Assembly: GCF_009914755.1 (NCBI RefSeq)
Contig: NC_060926.1
Length of the DNA: 64,000 nt
Direction: 5' to 3' (one strand)
From: the human T2T-CHM13v2.0 reference genome, Homo sapiens
Shown here one piece after another: positions 29,760 through 44,468 of this stretch. Within the stretch, counting starts at the first letter, position 1, and each line of letters opens with the position of its first letter. The position numbers and the translations under genes were made by a program. Under the pieces are notes generated by a model, which was given only the letters and a program-made list of their open reading frames with translations, ran no database searches and was not told the DNA's origin.

Positions 29760-30370
29760 TGGGATAGCTCTTAATTAGTCTGCAACTCCAAACTATCAAA
29801 AGGTAGGGAAGGCAAGGATCCTAGGAAGAAAAACCAAATACTCACAGACAATTAAAAACTAAAGCCTAATAGTTGATTAATGAAATGATGTCAGCCTGCA
29901 TGAAGTGCCCTTATGACTTTGTACGAATCCCTTACGCTGTCTTAATAACTTGGATACTGATGTCAAAGAAGGTGTGCTTATCATTTTTGGCAAAGGCATA
30001 ACTATGAGAGACAGAGTTAATATATTTGAAAAAATAATGCAAATTTAATTCAAACATTTAATAATAATATAAGAAATTAGATGTTTTCTCACAAGATAAA
30101 TTTAACATAGATAGGGATAAAAGCCCACATTTAGTAAAAGGGAACATATGAAAGCACACATATTTACACAGATATATAGGGAGAGATGCTACTTAACAAC
30201 TGTTTATGTACAAAAAATACATGAGCGTTTTAGTTATTTTTAGCACAACACGAGTCAATAGCATTATGTGGCTACTGAAAGCATTCTCCTATAATTTCAG
30301 TTAGCACTTTTAGAAATTGTGCTAAAGTAAAACAAGAAAATTGTTCTATTGCATTCTTTGTCATATCCTT
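29760..30370 (+). mobile_element. L3/CR1 LINE relic
   Basis: 'ttaataacttggat...gcttatcatttttggca...aaatttaacatagat...gagtcaatagcattatgtggct' resembles the CR1 RT 3' region. Confidence 0.45.
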
Positions 30371-30749
30371 TAGCATTTATTATAACTCAGTATCATTAAT
30401 TCATTTTTTACTTATTTAATGTGAATCTGTTCCATTAGATTGTATGCTTCATATCACACTTGTTTTATTCACTAATCCTTGTTCAACCTATGCCTACTAC
30501 AGTACATGGTCCAAGATGTATGTCCTTGGTGTCTTATATATAGTATATGAGGAAAATTTGGTGGGGTAATGTAAAGGAAGTAGACGCCTGGGTGGAAACG
30601 ACATACATTATATCCCAGGAAACAGGCCCAGAATCAATATGTAGAAACCAGAGAATGATTAACTTAAAGTCTTAAAGATTAATTTTAGAATACTTAGAAT
30701 ATCATATGTTGTAACTATTCTAAAGTTTATAAGTAGTCCAAAATGGAGT

Positions 30750-32730
30750 AGACTAGACTTCTGTTTAAACATGGTGGAATAATAATACTTTTCTTTCTAT
30801 GGCCTAAGAGACACCAAGTCAGCTGAGGGCACAAGCACTAACAAAACAGGAAGACAGTGATGATTAAATCCTTATTCTGGCTGGGCGCAATGGCTCCTGC
30901 CTGTAATCTGAGCACTTTGAGAGGCAGAGGCGGGCAGATCACTTGAGGTCAGGAGTTTAAGAGCAGTCTGGCCAACATGGTAAAACCCCATCTCTACTAA
31001 AAATACAAAAATATTAGACAGGCATGGTGGTGTGGGCCTATAATCCCAGCTATTCAGGAGGCGGAGGCGTGAGAATTGCTTGTATCTGGGAAGCAGAAGC
31101 TGTAGTGAGCCAAGATTGCATTGCTATACTCCACCCTGGGCAACAGAACAAGACACCGTCTCAAACAACAACAATAATAACAATAACAACAAAAAACAGA
31201 CAAAAAAATACCCTGCCTGCCAAACGTACTCTGTCATGAAGAAAATTGGAAGGCTTTTATCCAAAAGTGGGACAAACCAAGAGAAAAGATGCGACATTGC
31301 CATGTAGTTGTTCCAAATAAAATGGGGACAATTATTTGGAACAACTAATGTTGTTCTGGTCACTCTACAGCAAGGATCATCATTCCTCAAACTATGTGAT
31401 AAGAAGTTCCAACAAGCCTTTAGCATCTCTTTCTTAAATATTAATGGATATTCAGTGATGATCAGATATGTGAGCAGAGCTTCTAACATGAAAGGAACAA
31501 TAGTAAGAAAACTAAAGAAATAGAACATGAAAGTGGGGAGTATAAGAAGAAAAATATTAATATCCAAAATGAAATTTTAAAAATTCTTTTGTTAATGACA
31601 AGATGATATCAAAAGGAACATAGAATCCATATAAATTATGTTAGACAAAGTTGAAGACATTGAAAAAGAACAAGAAAACTTAGGCATATAATATAAAAGG
31701 AGAAATATAAAACAAATAAAAGATCAATTCATAAAGATCAAGACAAATTCCAGGAAGAAAGAACCGAGAAAATGGGAAAGAAACAATCTATGAACAATAG
31801 ATGGAGAAAAAGAAAATGATTTCTGCTAGGGCACATCATTATGAAATTCCCAAATGTAGAAAATAAACTATTCCAAAGAAGAAACAGCAGATTTGAAAAC
31901 AGAGGATGGAATCTCAGAAAGGGTCTTCATAATGGCAGTATTAGACATTAGAAGACATTAAATAAGCATCTTCAAAATACTGAGGCAAAATAATTAGCAA
32001 GCTAGTGATCCATATCTGGCCAGCAGAGCTTATTAGAATGAAGACATCTTCAGACACACAAGATCTCAAAACAATAACTTTCTCAGGAAACTACTAGACA
32101 ATATGTTGCGGGAAAAAAAAGGATGAAAATCACAAAGAAAGTTGATATGAGATTGATGTCTAGGAATCAGAGGATCCATCACAGGAGAGATGAAAAAAGA
32201 GTCATCAGGAAGATAGTGAAGGGATATTCCAGGATTCCATTTTTTAGCAGTCCCAGAGAGTAACTAACCCAGATAAAAAGAAGAGAATCGTAAGCTCTCA
32301 CAGTGAAGTGTTCAAGCTAAAAATAAGTGTAAATAAATAAATAAATACCTCTCTTCTCCCCCACCAAAAACAAAAAAAACAAAAAAACTCTGCTAAAATA
32401 CCAGACCCTACTGTGACATTTCCATTCTACTAGTAGAGTTTGGGGATAAATTCGTTGTCATTACAGAGAATAGTAAGAAAAAATTTCAGGAAGAATGAGT
32501 CATTAACCTTAGTGAAACCAATATTGTATCAAGTAAAACAATGTAATTAATGGTTCAGCTGTGAATAATATTTATAAGGTCATGAATAGTGAAACGACTG
32601 AAAACTGATTAATTTTAAAAACTGAAATATGCCATATTGAATGGTTGGAATGAATAGTTAAGAGCTACACCATCATTTCCATTAATCAGAAATTAATACA
32701 GAATATCTAAAATTACAAAATCAAGAAATG
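30750..32730 (+). mobile_element. Ancient L1ME 5'/ORF1 or HAL1-like relic
   Basis: 'gacttctg...aacatggtgga' start and A-rich ORF1-like motifs 'cacatcattatgaaattc', 'catcttcaaaatactgagg'. Confidence 0.5.
30879..31209 (+). mobile_element. Alu (AluJb/Sz-like) with (CAA)/(TAA) tail
   Basis: Full dimer 'ggctgggcgcaatggctc...agacaccgtctc' followed by a microsatellite tail. Confidence 0.93.
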
Positions 32731-32731
32731 A

Positions 32732-33255
32732 TGTACAACAGTTATCAATTGCAGAATATTCAAACGTTTTGTAGCTTAAAACATTAAGTATTTATTATCT
32801 TACATAGTTTCTGTGGTCAAAAACATGGTACTGGCTTCAGTGTGTGAACTGAATCTCTCATAAGGTTAAGGTTAGGATGCCAGCCAAGCCTGCAGTCAGT
32901 AAGGCTTGACTGGTACTCAAGGATCTGTTTACAAAGTGACTCAGTCACATGGATGGCAAGCACATACTACTGTTGGCATGAGGCCTCAGTTCCCCTCACC
33001 CCCCCATGGACCTCACCTGCATAAGACTCAAGATATGGCGGCTGCATTTCCCCAGAGTAAATGATTCAAGAAAGGGCCTGTAATAGGGAAATGTCTTCTA
33101 TGACTAGTCTTAGAGGGTACAAGTTGTTATATTCACAGTATACTATTAGTTACTGAGATCAACCCTATTCATCATGGGAGAGGACTTCATGTGGGTAACT
33201 TACCATGGGGAACAGAGGATGATATGGGCCAGCTTGAAGGCTATGATGTACCACA
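32732..33255 (-). mobile_element. MLT1F/G-like MaLR LTR
   Basis: 'gtagcttaaaaca...tttattatcttacatagtttctgtggtcaa...gaggcctcagttcc' ending 'taccaca'. Confidence 0.75.
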
Positions 33256-33265
33256 AGCAGTATGA

Positions 33266-33293
<28 letters not shown>
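33266..33293. repeat. (TG)n microsatellite
   Basis: Directly visible. Confidence 0.95.
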
Positions 33294-33297
<4 letters not shown>

Positions 33298-34479
33298 TTT
33301 CAACATGAAGTGAATTTTAAAACGATTTGCATTACAAACATAAAAGAGCTACATGGGCAGAGATCCTAGTACTTTTAAAAGAACTGTTTTATAATTATCC
33401 ATGTGAATGAAACTACAGGTCTGGGGCCTTCTTTTCCTGAAATGCTTGTATATATTGGGCAGCTTAATTTGTTTACTTTGTTATTATTGTAAGAGATCTT
33501 GAGTAACCTGACAATAAGCTATATGTGCTCTTTAAATTCTATATATCTGCTCTCCAGTACCACTACCTTGGTGCAGGCAGAAGTGAGTACTTGGAATTGG
33601 CTTTTTGTATTATTATTTTGAAAAGAAAGAAAAAGAAAATCAGTAAACAATAGTGTCCAAAATGAATATCTTTAGAAATAACCCTTCTTAGTAGACCATT
33701 GATATTCTTCGGCATTTCAGGAAATTAATCCACCCACTTGATAATGGTTGAAAATTGGTATCTTAAGACACAGTTGTTTGTCCCAACATATCGATATTAT
33801 ATCAGACTGATGTAGCTTGCATTCTCCCAGTAAAAAGGAAATAGAATTTTAATAAAAGCCAGATTGCGCAACTAATACTCTGGAATTGTAGTGCATTTTT
33901 AAAAATCTTCATGCAGGAAATGAAAGAGAAAAAAAGAATCCAGATCCTAACTTTTCAGTAGAAGAGTGAAATGTAAAATGATTATAGAAAATAGATTATT
34001 TTCAAATTTGTATTCTGCACTTTTGAAGAAGAGCGTATTTTCCTCCTGGATACATAATTTGGAAACATATTTCAAAAACCGAATCTTAATCTATGCAATG
34101 AACATATCAAAAAGTAAATTACTATCTTCAAGGGAATGAAATATCATATTAGAGAAGCACACTCTAGCACCACAGTAATTATGGCTTTGCCAACATTTCT
34201 GTGCAAAGTCTGATTCTGAAACATTTTTTTCTTACCCCACACAGCCTTGTTTATGTCAGAATTTAGTGTTTACCCCAACCTTCAAATACAAGTTGACCTA
34301 TTGTTTTACTTCTTTAAATGAAACTTTTTGGGACTATATGACTTTCTAACTTCCTCCAGAAATATGTATGGTTCTGGATTTCCTCCGTGCTTCATCTACT
34401 GTAGCTTACAGAAGAGAATGTTATAGAATTATTGCATTTTAGAATCGAACTTTGAAGCATGTTACTGAAGCCATATCAT

Positions 34480-34660
34480 GATGGGGGAGCAGTCCAGAAA
34501 TATTTTTAAAGCACTAGTCTTGGAGTCAGAAGCTCTGTGTTAGCCTACCTACTTATTAGTAGGGTTGCCTTGATGAAGTCACTTGATTTTCTGAAATATT
34601 TCTCTCTCTCTCTCTCAAAAATCTGTAAAATGGAAGCAACAAACTCAATGGCTTTTAAGA
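34480..34660 (+). mobile_element. MIR SINE
   Basis: 'tcttggagtcaga...ccttgatgaagtcactt...atctgtaaaatgg'. Confidence 0.65.
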
Positions 34661-35384
34661 TCTTTGTAACCTCCAATGTTACTCAAGTTTGAATAGAGAG
34701 AGAAGGTGAGAAACAAATCTAGAATACACATCTCCTAACTCCCAGTTTGGCATATTCACAAATATTAGATTTATGATGATTAGTGAGAAAATATAACTAT
34801 TCCAAATACATTTCTAGGTATGTGAGATATATTACAATATGGAAGGAAAATGATACCAAATTGTGGCTCTTCTCTATGGCCCTCATCAGGGAACTATTCT
34901 GAAATAATAGGACATGTGTCTAACCAAATCCATATTTTTATATGCTCATCAGCTTCTAACTATGTACTTGACTTGATCTATTCTTAATGTCACCAAATTA
35001 ACATCTTGAGGAAGCATGAAATTTTCCAAAAAGAATCTATGAGCATTTGGTGGCTATTTGCCAGAAATATTTCTCCTGGACAAAAGATGGAAAGCCATTC
35101 TGGAAAGCAAGAGTGTTTTATTAGAATACAGCAGTGCTTTAGTTTAATGTGATCATTACCCTTGTAAGTTTCTAATCAACTATTTGCAGGATGGTTTTAC
35201 AAATATGGTTTGACTAACCTCAAGCCTTATTTTTTGCATGCGAAATCTACTAAAAAATGCAACATTATCATTATTTCATTTACATATTTCTTCCACATGT
35301 ATAACAAAGTAGAATGTATCTCCCTCGTTCTTACCAAAAACCTCTAATATAGTGACGTGTTCTGCCAAAATGTAATAAATGAGA

Positions 35385-35640
35385 AAGCATATGCTTTGCA
35401 GGCAGACATACTGGGTATTTGGAATCTCATTTCTGCACTTCTTAGCTATTATGTTCCTGGGCAAGATATTTAATGTCTCTGAGCCTCAGTTCCTTCCTCT
35501 GTGAAATGAGACTAATAATACTGCTCTCATAAAGCTGTATTAATATATATTCTAACTATATATGTGAAATTACATAAAATTATGAAATAGAGAGAGTGGT
35601 ATATTTAGCTCCGTTAGATGCATTAAAATGCTAAACATCT
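35385..35640 (+). mobile_element. MIR SINE
   Basis: 'ctgggcaagatatttaatgtctctgagcctcagttccttcctctgtgaaatgag' MIR core. Confidence 0.85.
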
Positions 35641-36500
35641 GTATCTTTTTTTTTTTTAACCAGTTTTCTTTCAATCACGATAAAGTCATGACAACTGGTA
35701 ACTTTAGGAATAATCTTACCACTAGGCAGGGTTGATAAATCAATTGTATAAAATGGTACATAAATCAAAGCCTATGTTTCTCTTTTTAATGTGTGTAGCC
35801 ACAACTACTACATGACCTTCATGCTTTACTGCTGAGAGAATACATATTTAGACAAAAGCTCAAGGAGTTGCATTCTACTACATAACATGCAGTGGTTTGT
35901 TTCTGTGACTCGCTGTGGAAGTGATTTCTAGGAGCGCCAGATGCTTGGATGCTATTTTTATATAGATAGAAAGGGAATCCCTTCATTTATTGGATGTTCT
36001 TGGCATGGTATTGTGTGATTTGGTGCTTGACCAGGTGGGAGTCTCTTATTTATGAAGTTCAGAAAATTCCAGTGCTTAGCCAAGTCTCTACTGAATGCCC
36101 AGGATATACTTGAAGGTTAACAGTGGCATAAAGTATTAGTGTTTCCTGATTTTTATATGTGGATAGAATATCTTTTGGCTCTTGGTTTATACAGATTCTT
36201 GCATTATTCTCTCATGAGCTCAGTTCTTGGCCTTAATGCCCTTGAGTTCTTTAGGGCTACTTCCTCCAGCCTTTTTGTCTGACATCACTACTGCCTCTCC
36301 ACGATGTAAAATCTGCACTGTGATTCAAAGAGATCCCCTGCATATAGCAGAGTCATTCTTCCAATGGTTTCCTCTTTCTTTTTCATTTCAATTCCCACAA
36401 GCCTCCATCTTCAGCAAGTCTGTTGCTGACAGGTTGAACAAATACTGCTAAGATATATTTATTCTCTGAGACCCTTTTTCACTTAGAGTAAATATGTTAC

Positions 36501-36932
36501 TGTCTCAGTTCATGTTCCAGCAAAACGCAGACTCTAAGGTATGGATTTCAGTACAAAGAGATTACTTGGCAGGTGATCTTAAGAAATACCAATGAGAAAG
36601 TGGGATAAGGAAGAAAAGGTACAATAAAGGATCCTTTGGGAAGCCTGCTAGCACTGTGGGCAACTGAGATTGAATCCTTTGGGGAGCACTGGAGAATACT
36701 TAACTGAGAGTGACTCCCATGCCTCTCCACAGGAGGGAAAATAGTATACTCAGTCCCTGATTTAAAGCTGATCCCAAAGGCATTAATTACCAATAATTCT
36801 GTAGACTGCTGATGGAGAGATCCAAAAAAGCTTTGGGGCAGAGCAACACAGCTGTTCAGCTGGAATTCAGGGCATGCACTGAAATGGTAAGAGACAATGG
36901 GATAGGAGCAGATAACCAAAGTGTCTACCATA
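36501..36932 (-). mobile_element. LTR33/LTR16-like ERVL solo LTR
   Basis: 'tgtctcagttcatgttcc...gcagactctaaggtatggattt...ggtgatcttaagaaatac' is the antisense LTR33-type 3' end. Confidence 0.65.
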
Positions 36933-36986
36933 ATCACCTTTAAAACATGCTTTATGCAATTATAGAATTGGAAATTATTTTAGAGA

Positions 36987-37571
<585 letters not shown>

Positions 37572-39004
37572 TAGAGAGAAAACAGAAACCTTCTTTTTGA
37601 GGGAGATCATCTCTGAGATATTTTTACCTGGGTAGCAGTGAATCCTGGATACACAGAAATATAATATAATATTTGAGTGAAATAAGTATTAAATTATTAT
37701 GGGAGCTAAACAAATTGCCCTCAATTCCCTATCTGTGCATTTTTATCTGCTTTTAAATAATATAAATTATTATTACCTATGTCCACATGCAGAGGCAGAG
37801 GAAAAGAGAATCCCTTTAAAATGATTACAAGCCAACAAAATATTTGCAAGTGAAAACATATATTTTGGGGGAACTGCCTTGTTATTTTAAGTTTACATTA
37901 TACCTACTTTAATTCCAGAATGTCATTACAGAGGAAAAAAAAAAGCTTGATTAGCTGAGTAACATCACTTTTTTAACCAATGCACTCTCCTACTGCTTAG
38001 TTCCTTACAGCTGGATAAGTGGGTAACCTTTGTGTCCATAGATTCTTAGGTAGATGGAATCTATTGGGAAAGGAAATCAATTTTACACATATACATACAC
38101 ATATTTTTAAATTTCAGACTGTTTTTATCTAAAATAGAAGCACGGATTTTGAGTCCCCCCAAAATGGATATTATTTGTCTCATTCGATGGACTTACTATA
38201 AATTCTAGAATGGCGGGATGTTATGAACGGCATCGCACATGCTACACAAACACAAATTCTGCTCTTACGATTACACCATTACAAGATAAATGTATTCTCA
38301 AGTAGCTGCAGTATTCTATTAAAATGTAGACACAAGCAGAATCATTTTTATTAAGAAAAAAAGCAGAGCAAAGCATTTAAAATATAAATAAAATATAAAA
38401 ACAATTGCTTTCCTATTAAATACAAAACTAGAGAGCACTGTTTCAAATTGGTAAGTCATATCTGTTTAATATGATTGCAATTATTTATGGGGATTAGGAA
38501 AATTAATGTCAAATCTAATATTTTCGAAAAATGGAAGACTCAATTAATTAACCAGACATTTCATCCTGGAATCCTATTTCTTTTTCTTTCCAGAGGGAAC
38601 CTAAATGGAGATTATATTAGAGAATTAAGTTTGACAGTTAATTTATGAAGAACTAATATTATAAGTATCAATTAAATAGAGGTGAGGGATATATGGAATT
38701 AGTTTGAGTTGTTAAACTGACCATTTCAAAAATTAGAAGTATTTTATCACTAATACAGATTTGAGAAATTATTAGCAATTCTAAATTATTCAGATTTGCT
38801 TAAATTCAATGATTATGATTTAGATGAATTAAGAAAGTTACTCAGTTTGTTTAAACTGTGGAAGTTAACTTTAGTGTCCCAAACCTGGGACATTAGCTTC
38901 ATTTTATTTCGGCTATGCCAGGATATATTTGAAGCTCGTATTCTGTACAACAGTGTATACTATTGTAGAGAATGGGGATGGATAATAATAATAAAATATC
39001 ACTT

Positions 39005-39225
39005 TGTCAGTAAATAAATATTCACTGAATGATAATTGTGTGCTAAGGAATTTATATGTATATTATCTCATTCAATTCTCATAAAATCTGTGTGATAGGG
39101 CCCAGTATAGTTTTCTGTTTTCCAATTGAGGTAACTGGGTCACAGAGAATGAAGCCTCGCAACCATGGTTATGCTGCTACTATGTAAGGAATTTGCTTTA
39201 ATCCCCCAGTATCCCTACTCTAATC
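39005..39225 (-). mobile_element. MIR SINE
   Basis: 'tattcactgaatg...tgtgtgctaagg...atctcattcaattctcataaaatctgtg...tgaggtaactgggtcacagaga'. Confidence 0.7.
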
Positions 39226-39945
39226 TAAGTCAGAATCTAGACATGCAGATCAATACAAATACATTTCAGCCTAAAAAAAAAAAACTCTGAAAGCACATTT
39301 CCAATTTTGCCAGCAGTTAGTTATTCATCTACAGAAGCTATTAGTCCCAGTTTGTAACATTAGCAAAAATTAATTTTCAGTCTTTTTCTTATAGTTTGTC
39401 TTGGTAGCTTTTGACAAAGTTGGCCATAACCTCTCTCTGGATAGGTGACAAGGTGCAGTAGTGCACCTTGTCTTTCAGAACAGCAATACTCTTCTGGTTG
39501 ACCTCTTATTCCTTTGACAGTGACTTCTCTGATTCCTTTAGAGGTGTCTCTTTTAATTTCTAAAAAATGCTGATGGTTTTAATGTGTTATTTTTATGACA
39601 CATATCCCCCTTGGGAAATTGCTCTTGTTCAACCACCGTCTCATGCTACTGACTGCAGTGTAGACTGCTCTATGTTCAATCATCTACTGGAAACCACCGT
39701 TGAAAGCTTGAGGTGCATAACTTAGACTTATATTTTCTCAAACCTGCTCTCATACTCACTTACCCTCACTAGAAGTCCTCTTTACTCCTCCCTCTTTTTT
39801 ACATGTCCCCATGTTAAATTTCATTATTCAGTCTTGATTCATTGATTAATTATTTATAATTTATAATTTTATATTTTAGAATTTTTTTCAGGTGCTGGGG
39901 ATACAATTATAGACATGATTAAGTACTAGTTTCATGAGGCTTATA

Positions 39946-40046
39946 CAGTAGTTACCCCCTTAACCATGGAGGGTACATTCCAAGACCCCCAGTAATGCTT
40001 AAAACCATGGATAGTACCAAACCCTGTATGTATGTATGGGTATATA

Positions 40047-40089
<43 letters not shown>

Positions 40090-40953
40090 TAGCATATATG
40101 TATATGCTATGAATACATGTATACATATATGCTATGAAAACATGTATACATATATATTTATGCATAACACGAATGAAGAATGCATAACAAGAATGGAGCA
40201 ATGCATTTAAAATATAAATAAAATATAAAAACATTACTTTCATATTAAATACATATATGTATGCATAACAATATTTTGGTAAACTATAGACTACATAAAG
40301 ACAGTAGCCCTATAAGATTATAATAAGATATTTTTACTATATCTTTTCTATGTTTAGATATGTTTAGATACACAAATATTTACCATTTTGTTACAATTGA
40401 TTACAGCTTTTAGGACATTAACATACTGTCCTAGGAGCCTAGGATCAATAGGCTATACTACATAGCCTAGGTGTGTAGGAGGCTAGACCACCTAGGTTTG
40501 TGTAAGTACACTCTATGATGTTTGCAAAACAAAATCACCTGAAAACTAACTTCTCAGAATGTACCCCCATCATTAAGTAATGCATGACTGTGCTGTTTTT
40601 TCCTTTATGTCCATACCTATGATAAAATTTAAGATATAAATTACACACAGTAGGAAATTAATCACAATAACTAATAATAAAATAGAACTATTGTAACAAT
40701 ATACTGTAATAAAAGCCATGTCATTGTGGTCTCTCTCTCTAATTTTATTGTACTTTACTCACCCTTCTTCAGATGACATGAAATTACAAGACACCTATGT
40801 GATAAGATGAAGTGAGGTGAATGCTTTGGGCATTGTGACATAACATTTAAAACATGAATTATTTCTGGACTTTTCCATTTAATATTAAGCTGCTGTTGAC
40901 CTTAGGTAACTGAAACTGCGGAAAGCAAAACCAAGGATAAGGATGGTCTCCTG
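39946..40953. mobile_element. MER44 (TcMar-Tigger MITE) split by Tigger3a/MER7
   Basis: Left TIR 'cagtagttacccccttaacca' and right 'ggataaggatggtctcctg'. Internal 'ttccaagacccccagt' and 'ataactaataataaaatagaac'. Confidence 0.8.
40255..40590. mobile_element. Tigger3a/MER7A-like MITE
   Basis: 'ttctatgtttagatatgtttagatacacaaat...cctaggtgtgtaggaggcta...taagtaatgcatgactg'. Confidence 0.8.
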
Positions 40954-41914
40954 ATGAGTTAGGGTTGAGAAAACAAATCTGTAAAGAAACAAATAATATG
41001 CTTTCTACTAGGGATGAGTGTTTTGAAAAAACATAAAACAGATGAGTAAATAAAGAGTGAAAAGGCATAGCATTTTATCTAAAATATACATTGAGTGCAA
41101 TGTGTCAGTTGAGTGAACTATCTTGGTTGCAAAAGTCATTAAGGCTCTTAGGAGTCGTGAAAGCCTTCTGTGAGAAGGTGATTTTGGTCACAGTAATGAA
41201 TGATGAAATGGTGGAATTAATGAAGAGTTGGTGAAAGAGACAAATAAGAAGGAAAGCAAGTTTAAAGGTTCTGAGGAGTGAACAATTTGGCACTTCCCAT
41301 GGTTTCATTTAACTGTAAGATTTGCTTCCGAAAATATTTCTGTCTTTGGTATCACTTGTCTTACTAGGTACTGTAGGCTTTGGGCTTTTTCTAAATCCAG
41401 TATTCACTAAGCAGTCAGAGTTTCTGGTTTATCTACACATACAAATCCGTTTATATGATTTCAGTGCTTATACCTTTCTAGATTTCCATGTACAACTGTG
41501 CACTGCAAAACACTAAGGAATAGCATTCACTTAGACTAGGATGTAAGCATTACTCCATGGAGTTGTGTGACATGCTGGCCCTAAATTCCGTGCCATCGAT
41601 AGCGGGAGGAAGTAGAAATCCTTTGACAATTATTTTCCTCTTGATCTAGGATACACCCTTTGCTGGAGTCTGATTTCTTATAATTTTCTACTACTACATG
41701 CTACATTGTGGTAGTTTATGGTTCTGTTACCCTAATTCCCTTCCTCCTCCCTGTAGTGACTTCCTTTTCTGGTTAACACGTTTTCATTCTTTGAACTTCA
41801 GCTCAGATAAAACATATGTGGAGCAGACTTGCCAAGTCTAGATTAAATACCTGTGGTGCAACACTGCCAAATTGAGAGACATTTGTCTCTCAATTTTTCA
41901 TATCATTTGTAGTT

Positions 41915-42167
<253 letters not shown>

Positions 42168-42179
42168 CCGTTTGTAGTT

Positions 42180-42675
42180 CTAAAATTCAAGTCTGGATAT
42201 ATTAGTTCCCCGCTTAAAATGCCTCATGTCTTCCCACTTTCTATAATAAAAAGTCTACTATCCTTCGCATGACATTGCCTTTATTTTAAATCTCCTTACA
42301 ATTCTCGCATCTTTTTCTTGAGAGTCCCATTGTCAAGTATACACTTACGGTTTCCTGACTAGGCCAAGTGGTTCCCAGCATAGCTCTGTGTAACCCTCTG
42401 GAATTCTACAGTCACCTGTCCATCTCCAAAGGCTCAGTCAAGTGTCACATACACTGTCAGGTTTTTTCTGACCCAGGCATAGAACTGCCCTTCTCAGTGT
42501 CTCTGCTTTTCTCTGTGTGGACTTCTATCACAACACCTATTATCATTTACTGAGTTTAGTCGTTTGTTTTTCTGTCTTCTTTTGTAAACTCATGGAGGAT
42601 GAGACTTTATTTCTGAACAGTGGAGACAGCTGGCACCTGAGAGTTGCTTATTTGAGTAGATGAACGAGTGATTTA
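42180..42675 (+). mobile_element. L2 3' region relic
   Basis: 'cttaaaatgcctca...ggctcagtcaagtgtcac...tgtaaactcatggaggatgagact...gagtagatgaacgagtga'. Confidence 0.6.
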
Positions 42676-43587
42676 AAAAATTTGGGAAGGATATTGAAAT
42701 GAACCTAATTGTGGTAATCATATTCTTAATAAATACAAACTGAGACAAAAGATTTATTCTGTGAATTTTGTTTTGCCCTCAAAATAAAGTAGTATCTCAT
42801 TTCATACGTAGTATGTTGGAATGTTTTGCCATGGCTGCTATACTGATTGGCATTGCTCACTGCTGTTCGTTGCAATATACACCAGCTGTTTTTCAGCAGA
42901 ATGAGTGGTACACCTTAAAAGCCAAGTCTTTCTCCCCGAACAGAGCGCTGGGCCAGGCTCAAATCTGTCATCTAATCACTCACTGTGTGCTGAACACTAG
43001 TCTGACTTTCCACGTGATCTTTCTACACTTTTTGCACACACTCCCACACATTATTTATGCTCAAAAGAATGATCTGTTATGAGAGTACAGTGAATGTGTT
43101 AGTTTCAAGAGATAAGATTGTCCAGATTCAGAAACTTGTAGCTGTCATCTTCTAGTTTCCTCACTGCAAGTGTGGAGTAAGATTGGTATAACATTAGTTC
43201 ATCATTCTTTTCAGATTAGAAAATCTTACATGGTCATCTGGGAGAACAGGGCAAAACAAAGGTCAAATGTTATGGCTAGAAATCAAGCCTGCAAAGCACC
43301 ATCAATGGAAAATTTGTCATATTTTATGGAGAAACTATAATTCTTACAAATCTCTACTAACAGTTCTGGTTGTGTTGATGCTTTGGACTGTCTAGAGAGT
43401 CACACTCTTCTGTCCATGAACTTAAAAGCATGACTTTTTAGTATGTTCATTTCCCCATATGGGGTACAAGATTAGTAATATCTTCTTTTACCAGGTACTT
43501 TCTCTATGATCATGGACATTTGCCTATTCTAATCAGATCCCTGCATAGTTATTTAGGTAACTTCCTTGAAGAATATAGTACTAAGGC

Positions 43588-43701
43588 AGAATGACCATAT
43601 AATTTATTATTGAAGTTAGATAACTTTTTGAGAGCGAAGAAAGCAGTACCCATAGTTACCCCAGGATGACAGGCATAAATTGAAATACGTGGTCAACGTA
43701 G
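43588..43701. mobile_element. MER94-like hAT-Blackjack MITE
   Basis: Approximate TIRs 'agaatgaccatat' and 'acgtggtcaacgt'. Confidence 0.55.
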
Positions 43702-44468
43702 TATATGGGAGACATGACTTTTAGGAGAAAATATTTCCAAATAACTCAAATCTTAAAAACCTCCAGAGACTTCAAACCCATTCTGAAAACATAATTTGCT
43801 GTTCATATCTCAAAATAACATGGTTATCACCTGGGGATAGAAAGATCATGACAACACTGATGTGTGCCATGAAATTCTTTCCGTACTTACATGAGGTTGT
43901 CAGGTCCAAACTCCAAATGCAGAAAAACATGCAGAGAATTGTAGTTCTTGAGCATCTCTTCTTGAATTAGAGCATAACAATTAACTTTTAAATCATTTTT
44001 GGATACTATTGCCAATGCTTTTTATTTTGGGTATCTTTTTAACTTAAGTGCTAGCTTTCAGAAGTGGAAAGAAGGATAAATACTGTAATTATCCTTCTAT
44101 TATAAAATATTACATTTTTAATTACAGCAATTATTTCTAGCTACAAATCTTTAAATGTATGATGTTTTACTTATGTTTGATAATAAATAGGCAATACTTT
44201 GTGATACACAGTTGACACAAGACAAATCTAAATAAAAAATGAGAACATGAGCCCCCTTAATTTTATGGATTGTTTTTTAAACTGACTTTGCTTCTATGCA
44301 GGCCTTTCACTTTCTGTAAACACTTAAGGGATATTTTTTAATACTCTGTAAAGTAAATTTCAGAATGGAAAACATAACTCCGAGGTGTATTTTCAATCCG
44401 CACAATTTTTTTTCACAGAGGTGTAGAAAACATTCTACCTGTTATTAAAAAAAATTCTATGTATTTTT

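Noticed and set aside
31124-31567. 147-aa hydrophobic ORF resembling a membrane protein
   Set aside because: The hydrophobicity comes from reading A-rich L1/Alu-tail sequence antisense (T-rich codons), and the ORF ends inside an Alu.
33545-33590. 25-nt exon-like cassette (ctctccag|...|gtgagt)
   Set aside because: Not frame-preserving, weak pyrimidine tract, and the sequence resembles an L2 remnant.
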